A DNA stretch of 64,000 bases from Rhina ancylostomus. Lineage: Eukaryota. The notes below the pieces were generated by a model, which had not been told where the DNA came from, searched no databases, and saw only the letters and a program-made list of their open reading frames with translations. The stretch spans positions 20,193,707-20,257,706 of the forward strand of contig JARFYF010000050.1 of the NCBI GenBank assembly GCA_030265395.1, written 5' to 3'. Below, piece by piece: positions 36,896 to 50,259 of the stretch (the stretch's first letter is position 1; each line of letters begins with the position of its first letter). The translations under genes were made by a program, and so were the position numbers.

Positions 36896-39800
36896 TTCAA
36901 TCACATAGCACATGTTGTTTTATGCACTACACAATTGAATCGAGGTGGAAATCAATCGCAAGGAATTTCAGTCTATATAATACATAGTGATTTTTGGATT
37001 TCACGGTTCCACGTGTGTAACATGTGAAGGATGCTGGGCACACTACAGTGATGCCAATTGCCTTGCCACACATGTCACATGAAACCTCCTGGGCGAAAAA
37101 CAGGTCCCTGGAGAATTGCTTGTGCTTTACCTAAATGATCAGACCATATCTACAGCATTGCTACTTTGGACCCTGTTGCAGAAGGTATCGATGGATTCTT
37201 CTCTGATGCAATGATGATTTCAGAGTATTGTATAGGAGGAGGCTTCTTTAGTTTCTGCAGTTCAGCACTGGTGAGAGCGAGGAGCTCAGCCCTGTCTCCA
37301 TTCTGGCATTCCTCACAATAGCTTATTGAAAGCCAGCCCCTACTTCCAGCAGTGGGTCCAGTTGCTTTAAGAGCCCTTGAAATGATGAGACATCCTTCAG
37401 GTTGGTTCATCGTGCTTAATTCATGTTCCAAATTTATTGGCAGCTCCAACCGTAGTTATTATGAAAAAGACGCTTGAAGTGCAACTTTTAAACGTGTGCA
37501 CAAAAATTATTTCCCAACTGCTGCAGGTCAAAGCAGCACAAATTCCCTCTGTATCACCACTTAAGCAGTTGTTTTCATGTAAGGTTGCATTTCGACTGCA
37601 GAACCAGCTTCCACACTTAGACTGAATTCACACTAGCTGTAAGGGTCTCTACACTCTCAGACTCATTGTTGAAAGTCAAATTCTTGTTGAATCTCAATTC
37701 ACTCCACCTCACCATAAAGAAAAAAAAATTAACCCCTTTGGTCCCCAGCACAAATGCTGCTTTATTATCATTGACCTCATTCTCCTTCAAACTGAATATT
37801 CTACAGTTCCACCATCCAATACAACCTATCCATCACAGATACTGTTTATTTCTATTCTGTCAGCTCAATATGACACAAAGAGTTTTGGCTTCTTAAGCCT
37901 TAATATTCTGCAACTACTCCTGCTCAAGTACTCTTGCTCTTCTTCTGGTCTTTACGACCTCCAGACTAGACTGTTCTGATGGATCATTCTTCTAGCCCTG
38001 AAGCATCAACATCCCCCAAATTCTGCCTTAGGTATTTTGAACGTATAATGCTCCCCCCACCTTCTCACCCTTTTCATCCTCTCCTCCAAATACATTACCT
38101 TTGGAATTCTTGGTTCATCTGTGAATCCCCAGAAGCCGCCATCCAATCCATCCCTTCCAAACCAAACGTCCTTCCAAATGCTCTGTTTCTCTTATTCTTG
38201 CCTGGTAACAGCCTCACACCTCTCATGTCAAGTGAATCATGAGTTCAAAAGGATTATGCATACTTAGACTGAATCACTTAAATCACTATTTTTTATACTT
38301 CTTTAGAAGGGATTATGAGGGCTTGGATTCAATATATATGAAAAACGCAGGCATGGGAAACTAACTGGGTTTCCCTGATCCCTCCCTCCATCTCCTGCTG
38401 TTAATGGAAGTAGAGTGGTGGTAGGGAAGAAAGTCAATTATTTTTCTTGAGGGTGAGGGAGATATTGTTTGCGAGGCTAGGATCCAACAATAGGGCCAAC
38501 TGTTCCATTTCTCTATCTATTGACTTCAGTTTTATGTAGAATATCAAAGAAAATCTAACCCAGTTTACCTTTACACTTCACATGATAAGGGGAATCCAAT
38601 GGTAAAAAGCAATATCCAAAGAGACCAATCACCCAACATCAAATATCCTCATTGTCATGGTTCTGAGTTCTGGCCCTCAATTTGGCTCCATTAATGCCTT
38701 GTTGTCCAGCACATGGATTCCGTGCTGGACTGATTGTATAATGACACTCACCTGAGCCCCATCGGGGCCTAGCATAAGTACCTGAGTTTCTCTAGAACTA
38801 GTTGCCAGAGTATTGGTCTACCTTTGTGTATACTTTGGTTCCTAGTTGCTTTGAGTACTCTACTCAAGAGCAGTCCTGTGTTCTCTATTCCTTTTGAAGA
38901 TCCAGTTCATGTTGGGATTCCTCTTCTGATCTCTGTGGCAAGATTCCCTTCAGTTGCTGCCAGTGTTTGTCCTGAGGAAGTATCCTGACTCCAGTCTGCA
39001 TTTGGGTTCTCTGCGAGCTTGCTCCTTGCTCAACATTATGACACTCATTCCAATAAATCATCCATAGCTTGAAAATATATTTCAATATGCAATTATTATG
39101 ATATTGATATGAATACACAGCACAACATATTTGCCACTATGGTGGATTGGGAAGAAATAGTAAAAATTATAAGCCAGCTTGTACATGGGCAGGAGTCAAG
39201 TGTGTAATATGATTCGTGTTCAGAGCACATTTCTGTGCAGATCTCTCGCTCACTCGCTTTCGCACACACATACACACATAGAGATTCTCTTAAATAGTTC
39301 AGTCAAGGTATGCAGGGGTAACCCACTAATTCTTGCACTCCAGTTATTCACTGCAATGAGCTGAATTTTTGTTGAATAAATAAAGGAGAAATTTTGTCTC
39401 TGTTAAATGAACAAAAATGATCTTGAATAACTTAACCAGATTTTTTCATGAGTTGTAATTGAGCTTTAATGGATGGCTTCGACTAATTTTCTGGTAAAGC
39501 ACTGACTGTATTAATAAATACTGGAATTGGAGTATAGATGTTGAGAGACCAAGGCAGTATTCAGTGTCACTTTACCCGGTTATGAGTTGAGGTGGTCTAG
39601 TGGAGTGTTATACAGAGCTTAGGTGTTTTTTGCATTAAATGCACTTCCAGGTCCAGAACCATGAATCTGATCTTTCTTCCATCCTTTGTTTCCTGGGATG
39701 GTAGCAGAACTAAAACCATATTCTACTGCTTTTTGCACTAGTGCCATGCCCATTGATATTTTCACATTGGCCTCAAGTAGACAGGTCTCACAGGCTTGGG

Positions 39801-40984
39801 CCTCAACTGATCATCTAACTCAGGATCCAATAATATAAATAGAGTTCCTGAGGTTTCTTAGATTGCAAACTTACTAGTCACCCAAAATGCAGGGCCTGCA
39901 CAATGCCTCCAGATGGAAAGCAAATGGAATCACCCTCCGAGGATATTCACCCATTCTACCTGGTGTAGCCAGAAGCTAGAGCAAAGCCGTTGAAGGCATA
40001 GACTTCCATAACTGATGAAAAGCATTACCAGTACCCCGGACCCAATAAAGCACCAGCCTAGAGCTATCATCCAGTAATGCTTAACCAACCATTATTTTTT
40101 TCGCCTTTTCTATTGTTTCCATCAATGGAAACCATTGCCTTAGATCTCCGGCAGTTAATTCTTGGATAGCACTTATGTCACTACTCAGCTTACAGCTTGC
40201 ATTTAGGCTTTCTGTTTCCATGTTTGAGCAGAAGTAAAATTTTAAATTAGCTTATATTGCTACAAAATTGAAGTATTAATTTCAAAAATAATNNNNNNNN
40301 NNNNNNNNNNNNNNNNNNNNNNNNNNNNNNNNNNNNNNNNNNNNNNNNNNNNNNNNNNNNNNNNNNNNNNNNNNNNNNNNNNNNNNNNNNNNNNNNNNNN
40401 AATGGTACAGATCTTTAAATTGTAACACACAACTGAAAGAAATTTTTTGGAAATTAGTTTTAGATTCTCAGATATTATAAAGTCTAGAATATACTGCCAA
40501 CTTTTTAATAAGTTTTGGAGTTGATCTTCTTCTCAAGATGACCCCGAGACAGCTGGAAGAACCATCCTCCATCCCTGAGCAGGCAAAATCCCTTTACACC
40601 TAATTAAAAAACACTGCTCATTAGGTAGTTCCACTTGTTAACATGCAGGGCCAAGATTAAGTTCCTCATATCCCCACTGTTAATCTAGGACCCAAGGGCC
40701 TGTGAATCAGCCGACTCCATCATAACTATCTAATGTCAATTTACCACAGCCTCCTGTTCTGCCTTCATAGGTCTTGCAGCAAAAACAGAGAATAATGTAA
40801 TGACATGTTCAGAGATACTACTTAAAACATCATTGCCACAAAAATCATCCCTACTAGCATTAAGCAGGTAGAGATTAACAATGCTAATGCTGTTTAGATA
40901 GAGCTTAAAATGAGTGGAGCTCTAGGCACAGAAAATGCCTGATAATCATGATGGAAAGTGTGATAATCTTCCAGAATTTGTGGG

Positions 40985-41278
40985 GGGGTGACACAGTATA
41001 GCAGCTGGTGGGACAGCAGCTTCACAGCTTCCATCATTCTATCCTGGCCTCCAATGGTGTATCCCCGTGACCACATGGGTTTCCCCAAATGCCCTGGCTT
41101 CCTCCCAAAAGAAGGAGGATAATCGGCCACTGCGAATTACCCCAAGTGCAAGTGGGTGGTCAGCTCTGGGGAAATTTGATGGGGATAGGTTACATGGAAA
41201 ATTAGTGGGAGCAATGGGATTGCTCTGTGGGTTAGCATAGACTTGATTGGCCAAGTTGCTTCCTTCTATGACACAAAG
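40985..41278 (+). mobile_element. HE1-like V-SINE, internally deleted
   Basis: ccccgtgaccacatgggtttccccaaatgccctggcttcctcccaaaa V-domain and a CR1-like tail (gcatagacttgattggccaa). Confidence 0.8.
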
Positions 41279-42072
41279 AAATATGATAATATGGAAATTT
41301 GAGAGGAACAATGTAAGTAAAGGCAGCTGGAATTAGTTGGCTAGTTTTGAGTTCACTATTTGGAGTGATTGATACAACTTATTGAGTTAGGCATGACTTA
41401 TGCAAGTACATAAAAGAGGATGCAAAGAAAAATATGTTCTGGTTATCGAACACTCAAATTTCATTGTACATTTAAAATAGTAACTGACAAGTTCATAAAG
41501 GACATTTAGCACATCAGCCACCATCTCATTTTGACATCAATACCCTTACATTAAAAATGTAATAAAAATGAATCTGACACTAAGTGAACTATAACCACCA
41601 GAAAGGTTTCACTAATTTTTTGGTATTAAAGTTTTGTGTTTACTAAAATAAAAGTTCTTGGCACTAGGGAAGAGAACCCATATATTTTCAGAATATAGGA
41701 GCACCATTAAATACGATGAGGTCAGGTGTATTTGCAGTAAAAAGCAATAGTACAGCTCATCTCCATTAGACAAGTCAGGTATTTCCATTAATTAAAATAC
41801 TCTTAATTACAACCTTTGAATGAAGTGCCTAATTTTGGTGACAAGTAGAATTGAAATGTAGACATGTTTATCTTGCTCTACATTCATTCTCGCCAGGCTC
41901 CTGCATAAACCTCCAACAGCTCATTCATTTGAGGTTCTTACAGTCATCACTGTGGAAGTCCTCACATCCAATATACCTCTGCTGGATCCTCACTCCATGA
42001 AAAGGTAATGTTCTAAGACACACCTCTATTCACTGTGTTGTTTTCTGATCTTCTATGAATGTGCTATTTTAC

Positions 42073-44915
42073 CCTACAATGATTGAGGACTGTTTAAGGC
42101 CATGTGGTAAGGAGCATTGGCACAAAGAACCACATCATTGCAGTTTTTGTAATGTGAATTTATGGCCTAGAAATTCTAGATGTACTCTGGTTGGTACATT
42201 AGATGGTCATAGCATACTCACATGCCACCAACATGCATATGGCTGCCTAAGTATGCACCCTGAGATCCTATTTCAAAACAATAGCCGTGCACAATTGCAC
42301 CAAATGTTAAGTAGACTAGGTGGTCTTCTTTAGAGAGGCTGCTGGAAACCAATCAAAGACGATCCAGAAAATATTCTTTATTTTTATCCCAGGAGAAGCA
42401 AGAGAAGTCATTGTTCCCTCCCAGAAACACTTGCCCTGCTGTTGTCTTGTCCAAGGCCTCCTCCAGAATTGTTGATACATTTAGGTGCTTGCCAATATGA
42501 TGCCCTCCTACAAAGGGTGAATTGTTCTCCAGCAATTTCCAAATGAGGCTTCAACCTGAATTTGGTTTGAACTTCAAATTGGCATAACTAAGCAAACAAA
42601 ATGGCCATCTGGGCTGGAAGTTGAATCTCTTGACTTCAGTTTATCATTTGATCAAATAATGTAAGTGTAATATGATGATCAAAAATATACATTAAAGCAG
42701 GTTGTTTCACAATCAATTGATGCCAGAATTCCACTCACCCGTGCGACTGTTATCGTTGTTGTGCCACTGGGTGGAACTATNNNNNNNNNNNNNNNNNNNN
42801 NNNNNNNNNNNNNNNNNNNNNNNNNNNNNNNNNNNNNNNNNNNNNNNNNNNNNNNNNNNNNNNNNNNNNNNNNNNNNNNNCTGGGTGGAACTATCAAGCA
42901 GACCTGTTGTTTCCTTCACTGAGGTAAACAGCAAGGGTTTGACTCTTTGCACCATCAGCAAGCAGATTCACTCGTGTCTGGTGAGAGGTCCTGTCGGAGG
43001 ACATCGACTTCTCAAGTTTAACTTCCTCTCCCATAAACTCTTGATCTTCCCAAAGGCAGTCTGAAGGCCAGCTTTCTTGTTAGGAGGATATGGTGCTGGG
43101 TTGTGCTTCAGTTGTTTCTGAGCACTTCGCAGTAAAGATCAGCATTGAGGAGGCTTAAGGACAGCCTGGAGGTGAATTAGTATATCAGAATGATCAGAAT
43201 GGCAAACAAATATTAAAGGACGAAATATCCTTGCGAGAAAAAGGTCTAAACACAATTATGTCCACTGACTATAATTAATTACATGGGCATTGTCCTTTAC
43301 CTGATCGTTGCTTGTTTCATATATAAAAAAAACCCTAATTTATGGCAATTCATCAGGATTTCTTTTTTTGTGCAGATTCTCCCAATTTTCGTGGGTGATT
43401 CAGTTAAAAAATAATCCTGCTGTGCCACTGCTTTATAAAACATGGCAATTTAAGGATAGTCCAAGAAAACTAACTGAGAAAAAGATTCTTCACTTTCTGG
43501 TGCTTTATATAATTGGGTATGGCTTGCCAGTCTTCATCTTTGCCATAAAAAAATGATAAATGGAGNNNNNNNNNNNNNNNNNNNNNNNNNNNNNNNNNNN
43601 NNNNNNNNNNNNNNNNNNNNNNNNNNNNNNNNNNNNNNNNNNNNNNNNNNNNNNNNNNNNNNNNNAAAAATGATAAATGGAGCACTGCAAGTTGTTTGTA
43701 GGGGAGGGATAAATCTGCAGAATTAGTTCTGTCTATCATAAACACACTTCCTGCTGGGTAATCTGGAGTAACGGCAATGATAGTTCTGAAAAATGATCCA
43801 AGCCATTCCCATCTTACTGCATCAGAGGAAGTGTGCGACATGAGCAAGGGGCTGTAAAGAGAATTTGTGTGAGATGAGAACATACACAAACAAAATTTTC
43901 TGTTGCTTTTGCAGTCTGCTGCATTTGAAAATCATTTTTTTAAAAATCAACCTCGGTGCTAACACCAGTTTTGATCTTGTTTAATTCCGCCTATGCTTTT
44001 TTCCTTCAAGTTTAACCAAATAACTGGCTTCTCTTGGAAGCCAAACTTTGCAAGATTATCACTTCTGTCACCAGTGACAAGTTAGTTTGCATTTCTTAAA
44101 GTGCTTTGAAAGCAGTGCCATTTCATTAAGGTTCTAATTTTATCTGTTACCGAGCAAGAATTGTCTTTTATAAATTCTCCAAAAAATATTGAGAAAAAAA
44201 CAACAAGTAAAGCCCTTTATGTGTCTCATATTATAGGTTAATTCTTGGTCATTGGAAATCTAGACATCTAATTAATCTGAGTAAACAGTAACCAAATTCA
44301 GATAAAATGTCATTGCACCTGTTTGACTTTATTACTATAATTTGCAAACTTTAAGAATCAAGAATAAATAAAAACAATTCTTTGGCATTTTGGTATTTTT
44401 TAACCTAGTTTTTTAACCCCTTAATTCCCAAGACTTTTCATTATTTTAAACATAGAAAATATTTTCAAGCAAACTTAATGTCTACCGCCTGACATTTATC
44501 TGCATTTTCTTCTTGCTTACTTTCAAAGCTACTAAAACTGGAATTGCCAAAGACTTACAACAGAATTCCACTTCTCCATCACATTTCTAATCTTCCCAAC
44601 CTTCTGCTCATTTAAGTTAACCGCATTTTGAAAACTTGTAGAATTAATAGGAATTGTATCCTAATAATTCAACCATTCTCTTAGCAAGTTGCTCACTTTC
44701 CTGCTTCCAGCCTCATTTTATTTACATTCCTGTCTGTCAAATGTGTTTGATTTTTAGCATAGGAGTTCTAATGTGGAGCAGTGAAGGATCCTCAATTGGC
44801 CAACAGCTATCCTTACTTATAATTACCTTGTCAACATTTGCTGCAACTCCTCCACACTGCTGACATTGAGGCAAAATTACTTTGTACCATCATATGGTTT
44901 TTTAGTATCTGAGAT
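42073..44915 (-). pseudogene. Candidate decayed multi-exon gene of unrecognised family (cluster B)
   Basis: Exon-like segments: 44915-44827 (ISDTKKPYDGTK*FCLNVSSVEELQQMLT), 44634-44559 (FQNAVNLNEQKVGKIRNVMEKWNSV), 43851 onward (87 open codons, PLLMSHTSSDAVRWEWLGSFFRTIIAVTPDYPAGSVF...FFYGKDEDWQAIPNYIKHQK), a donor at 43301, 43165-42739 (AVLKPPQC*SLLRSAQKQLKHNPAPYPPNKKAGLQTAFGKIKSLW..., donor G|gtgagt), 42555 onward (G*SLIWKLLENNSPFVGGHHIGKHLNVSTILEEALDKTTAGQVFLGG...) and 42166-42073. Confidence 0.5.
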
Positions 44916-45894
44916 CTGCAAGAATTGCAGGCTTTTAAATGCGTATAAGCCTTCATTTTATTTGCTCTTCGCAGGTTATTCCAGTGAACCCATTATCCTT
45001 CCCAACAACACAAATTCACATCATTTTGGGGCCATGTGGGCATCCCAGATTTGTAGCACTTAAGGTTAAAGATGGAACTTTAAAAGGGAATGATAACAGA
45101 GCAATGAATTGAAACAGAGTGAATCTGGTCTTTTGTCATTTGTCAACTATCACTGGACTCAATTTTGAAGGATGTTCCAAAGGGAAATGTAGGGGTACAG
45201 TCATTCAGATGGAAATAGTTGGATCCAATCTTGCTAGGAATCCCTGACATTACACTGGGGAATCTCCTCTCAGATCTTGTGCCAATCAAACTTGACCCAG
45301 GATTCCAGACCTCATTGATTTTAGTAGCGATTCTAGGCCTGCAGATCAGAGGCAAAGAGGAAGGTAATTTTTTTTAAATTATCTTTCTTTAGTTTAATTT
45401 TCTTTATATTTCAAAGATCTTGTATGCATTTTAATGATTTATAACACATTTTAGTTCTTTTTAATGATTTACTGCAAATTTAATTGTTTTTGAATGTCAG
45501 AGTTTTTAATCATATTCAACAACTATAAGCTCCGCGGCTGTTTTGAGAATTGGCAATATCCTGTCCCCAGATTTGTCTCTGCCACTGCCTGGGGCCATTT
45601 GGGGAGCAGGGTCTCAGCACTGCACCACCCAAGGGTTGTTGCCAGTCGAGTCTGCGGAGGGCCGGCAGGATCAGCCCTTGGACATCCATTAGTGAACAGG
45701 GACTGTGGGAAGCCATACCGGGTAGCAGATGGACCAGCAAACTATGGCCCATAATGTTAAAGAGCCCTCTGCTAGAAACCATTGCTGTGCTTCGTTCTTT
45801 TTTGTAAAGTTTCAGAATGAGGCAAACATACATTCTAAATTACCCTGAGATTTCCTTTTCTCATAAAGCTGAGTGGTTTGCTTCAAAGGGCATG

Positions 45895-46032
45895 AATAAT
45901 GCCCGATACAGAGTTTCAAGCCAAAGCATTGACAATTCCTTTTCCCCCCACAGACGCTGCTCAGCCCACTGAGTTCCTCCAGAAGATTGCTTGTTGCCCC
46001 AGATTCCAGCATCTGCTGTCACTGTGTCTGTG
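45895..46032 (+). mobile_element. Penelope-like element terminal fragment
   Basis: ccacagacgctgctcagcccactgagttcctccag...ccagattccagcatctgc. Confidence 0.75.
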
Positions 46033-46907
46033 TGAATCATCAATCTTGTTTTATTTTGTGTGGATGTCAGTAAAGCAATGGGTCATTTACAGCAATCCTC
46101 TCACGATACCTTGTCATTTTTCTGTTTCAATCCCACAGACTAGGATGTGAACTCCTCACTGTTGAGTAGCTGCCCAGCTATCACTTCACCTTTACCCATG
46201 TATCTGGCACATTGTATAGGATTATTACCATGTTGCAAGGAAAAACTTCCATGATAGCTTCAGGAAAAGCATTAGACCTCTAAGATGGTATGCTTCCCCA
46301 GAATGCCCATGCTGAGTAAGTCAGACTGCTGATAGGCAAGGAATTCACAAGGCAGAGCAAATTCTGGTTCATAATGTCTTAAGCTCCATGAGCTCTCATA
46401 ACAGCTCAACATTCTACATTTGTTATCTACTCATAGTACTTAAAAATAAACAAGCACTAAAATGGCTTGGTCAGGCAAGGTCATATCTCTCATAATTTTA
46501 CAAGCGTCTACAGTGTCACTTCTCTGCAAGAAATTGTTGATATAATTCCTTCCCAAATTTAGTGGCAATCTATATATTTTATACCCCACTTAAATACTTT
46601 AGCCATTTGAATCACTGTGCCAAATATTGATATTTTATTGTGCATTGGACCATTAACTTCCTTAATGAACAGCAAAGAAATGTTTGACAGTTTGATACAC
46701 AGTACTTGTGTGCGAAGTAGACAATGGGTTCTATTTATCTTCTCCTTTCACAGTGCTGTAGACTTCATTTTACAGCACTCACTGATTGAAATGAGCTTTT
46801 GTGTTTATATTTATACTGTTAGCTAATACATACTGTGCTGTTTATAGCACTCCAGCTTGCTATAGCTAGTGATACCACATTTTTAAAATTCAGATTTTCA
46901 GTTTCCA

Positions 46908-48400
46908 GAGTACAATAAAACTCTATTAATCTGACCCACTTGGGGATTTGGTGGTACCATGCCGGCAGATTTTCTGGACGTACAGTAAAATTTCAATAGT
47001 CCATCATCCAGTTGTTAGAAATCCTGATGGTTTAGTTATTCCAACTAACACTGCAATACACTTTTAATTCACCTTTTTTGATGTGTTACACCATTGTATA
47101 ATAATTTTTTCCAGTGAACCTGATAAATTTAAAGGAAGTATGAGGAAAAGGGACCAAGTGAGTTTAAAGGGAGTGTGGGAAACAGAACCAGGCAAGTTTC
47201 AAANNNNNNNNNNNNNNNNNNNNNNNNNNNNNNNNNNNNNNNNNNNNNNNNNNNNNNNNNNNNNNNNNNNNNNNNNNNNNNNNNNNNNNNNNNNNNNNNN
47301 NNNNNNNNNNNNNNNNNNNNNNNNNNNNNNNNNNNNNNNNNNNNNNNNNNNNNNNNNNNNNNNNNNNNNNNNNNNNNNNNNNNNNNNNNNNNNNNNNNNN
47401 NNNNNNNNNNNNNNNNNNNNNNNNNNNNNNNNNNNNNNNNNNNNNNNNNNNNNNNNNNNNNNNNNNNNNNNNNNNNNNNNNNNNNNNNNNNNNNNNNNNN
47501 NNNNNNNNNNNNNNNNNNNNNNNNNNNNNNNNNNNNNNNNNNNNNNNNNNNNNNNNNNNNNNNNNNNNNNNNNNNNNNNNNNNNNNNNNNNNNNNNNNNN
47601 NNNNNNNNNNNNNNNNNNNNNNNNNNNNNNNNNNNNNNNNNNNNNNNNNNNNNNNNNNNNNNNNNNNNNNNNNNNNNNNNNNNNNNNNNNNNNNNNNNNN
47701 NNNNNNNNNNNNNNNNNNNNNNNNNNNNNNNNNNNNNNNNNNNNNNNNNNNNNNNNNNNNNNNNNNNNNNNNNNNNNNNNNNNNNNNNNNNNNNNNNNNN
47801 NNNNNNNNNNNNNNNNNNNNNNNNNNNNNNNNNNNNNNNNNNNNNNNNNNNNNNNNNNNNNNNNNNNNNNNNNNNNNNNNNNNNNNNNNNNNNNNNNNNN
47901 NNNNNNNNNNNNNNNNNNNNNNNNNNNNNNNNNNNNNNNNNNNNNNNNNNNNNNNNNNNNNNNNNNNNNNNNNNNNNNNNNNNNNNNNNNNNNNNNNNNN
48001 NNNNNNNNNNNNNNNNNTTTGCATCAAGACTATTTTACCATTTTTGGAGTTCAAGTACAAAGTGTCGATTAAAAGTCCTCCAGTCCACCAGTGACTAGTC
48101 TAACCTTCTTTCGGGTTTGTAAAAAGTGATGGACCATGTTTTTCTTGTTACCTTCTTATTGAAGGTAACCACATCGAAACCATAGCTCGCTATGACTCTT
48201 CATCTTTCTCTTAAAATTTCCACCCTTCCCTTCTCAAAGGATGGATTCATACCTGCAATACAGTTCCAGTGATGATCATTGTCCTCCAGAACTTCATCCA
48301 AGGCAGTTAGTATTTATCAGCTTTTCCATTGTCTGAGCTCAATCTCAGCACTGTCTCATTGTTGTACAAGTCTACAACCTTCGGTATCACTGGATAGCAG
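46908..48400 (-). mobile_element. Possible Tigger/pogo DNA transposon relic interrupted by a gap
   Basis: TIR-like starts tacaataaaactc and tacagtaaaatttc. Weak DDE_1-like peptide remnants lie on the minus strand after the gap. Confidence 0.3.
47204..48017. other. Assembly gap
   Basis: Run of N. Confidence 0.99.
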
Positions 48401-49239
48401 CCAAGTGTTCATTCCAGAAGGGTGCAATGACCAACTCTGGCACCCCCTTTTTATTTTTTATGAAGATTAACCTTTTCAATTTATAAATAAAATATGTTGA
48501 GATTTAAGTAGTCAAAGACTACCTGGAGTTTTAAATATCTTTGGGCCAGGTAAAATCAGAGTACCCTCAAGACAAACACATCACAGAAGGAATTCAGTGT
48601 TCTTTCCTATCTTAATTCAAATGTATTACATTATAGAATTACTGGTGTTTTACATTTATAAAAGAACTGTCATACCTCAGTGTCACAATGAGCTATTGCT
48701 GTTGTACTTACAGCAATATTCAACTCTGAATGATAATATCATACTCAGTCATAGATTCTCAAAATTGATATCTACTTGCAAAATAATTTCAGTAATGAAA
48801 TTGTTTAAAATATCTGGAAAAGAGTGTCTGAGCTCAATACTGTGGACTATAATATTCTCATATATAAACAGGACTATATACTTTATCTCTGACCAACAAA
48901 TATAGAATTTTGACTAACTCATCACTCGTGTTCAGTTGTATTGCTTTCAGGCTTTTTTACATTGTGGCAGTCTATAGATTACATTCAGGAAATTGACATT
49001 CACTCATTCACTCTGTTGTATTAACAAAAATCTTCACTCAACAATAGAACTGTTGAGGCATATTTTCATTGGTTACTTTGGTTAATTGTAAAAGAAGTAG
49101 ACAATTTAGGTATTTCTGAACAGGAACTGGGTTCCAGAAATAGCTGTGACTCTATTCAAGTGAGCCAGTTTAACCACAAGATTGCTATCCACCTAAAAGG
49201 AAACTTTCTCAGGCATGTACAAGGACTGGAAAATTCCAA

Positions 49240-49372
49240 TGGGAAAAAAAAATTGCAGATACTGGAAATCTGACACAAAAAGAGAAAATGCTAGAAAAGT
49301 TACCAGGTCAGGCAGCATCTGTGGAAAGAGAACCAGTCAACATTTTGGGTCTGCAACCTTTCATCAAACTTC
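49240..49372 (-). mobile_element. Penelope-like element terminal fragment
   Basis: tgcagatactggaaatctga...caggtcaggcagcatctgtggaaagagaa...acctttcatca. Confidence 0.75.
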
Positions 49373-49594
49373 CAATCTGCCCTTTCACCATCACAGTTAG
49401 ACAAAAACCCTATCAAACAGCTCTAACTCACTGATACTGATTCACTGATCACCAGCTTCTGCCAAGATCATTCTTTCGCGATTTCATTTTACCTTAGGTC
49501 CATGGTCATAAGAGTTGTATTCTAGGCCTAAGGTGAGGTTGACTGCTATTAGCATCAAAGTAACACTTGATTGATCAAAAAACCCTAACAAAAC

Positions 49595-50172
49595 AAGCAG
49601 AGAGTGATGGTTGAGGGTTGCTTCTTGGAATGGAGGCCTGTGTCTACTGGTGTGCCACTGGGTTTGGTGCTGGGACCTTTATTGTTTGTAATTTATATAA
49701 ACAATTTGGATGTGAATGTACAAGGCATGGTTAGTAGGTTTGCGCATGATGCTAAAATAGGTGGTGTTGTAGATAGTGTAATGAAAAATTACAGGGGGAT
49801 CTTGATCAGCTAGGTATGTGGGCTGAGGATTGGCAAATGGGCAAATGGCTTTCAATCCAGATAAATGTGAAGTATTTCATTTGGGAGATCAAAACAGGGT
49901 AGAATTTCTACAGTGAATGATGGAGCCCTGGGGAGTATTATGGAACAGAAGGACCGAGGAGTGCAAGTGCATAGTTTGCCGAAAGCAGCATCACAGGTAG
50001 ATAGGGTGGTGAAGAAGGCATTTGGCACACTGGCCTTCATCAGTCAGTGCATTAAGTATAGGAGTTGGGAAGTTATGTTGCTGTTATATAACATGTTGGT
50101 GAGACAGCACTTGGAGTATTGTGTACAGTTTTGGTCACCCTGTTATAGGAAGGTTGTTATTAAACTAAAAAC
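49595..50172 (+). mobile_element. CR1 (HER1-like) LINE RT fragment
   Basis: QRVMVEGCFLEWRPVSTGVPLGLVLGPLLFVIYINNLD...RFAHDAKIGGVVDS and KAFGTLAFISQCIKYRSWEVML..Y..LVRQHLEYCVQFWSP, with frameshifts. Confidence 0.95.
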
Positions 50173-50259
50173 ATGACCCAAAATGAATGCATTATCTAAT
50201 AATCATAAATTCGCTTGTTAGGATGAGTGAAGTTCCAACAACATTTTGGAACTTGAAGA

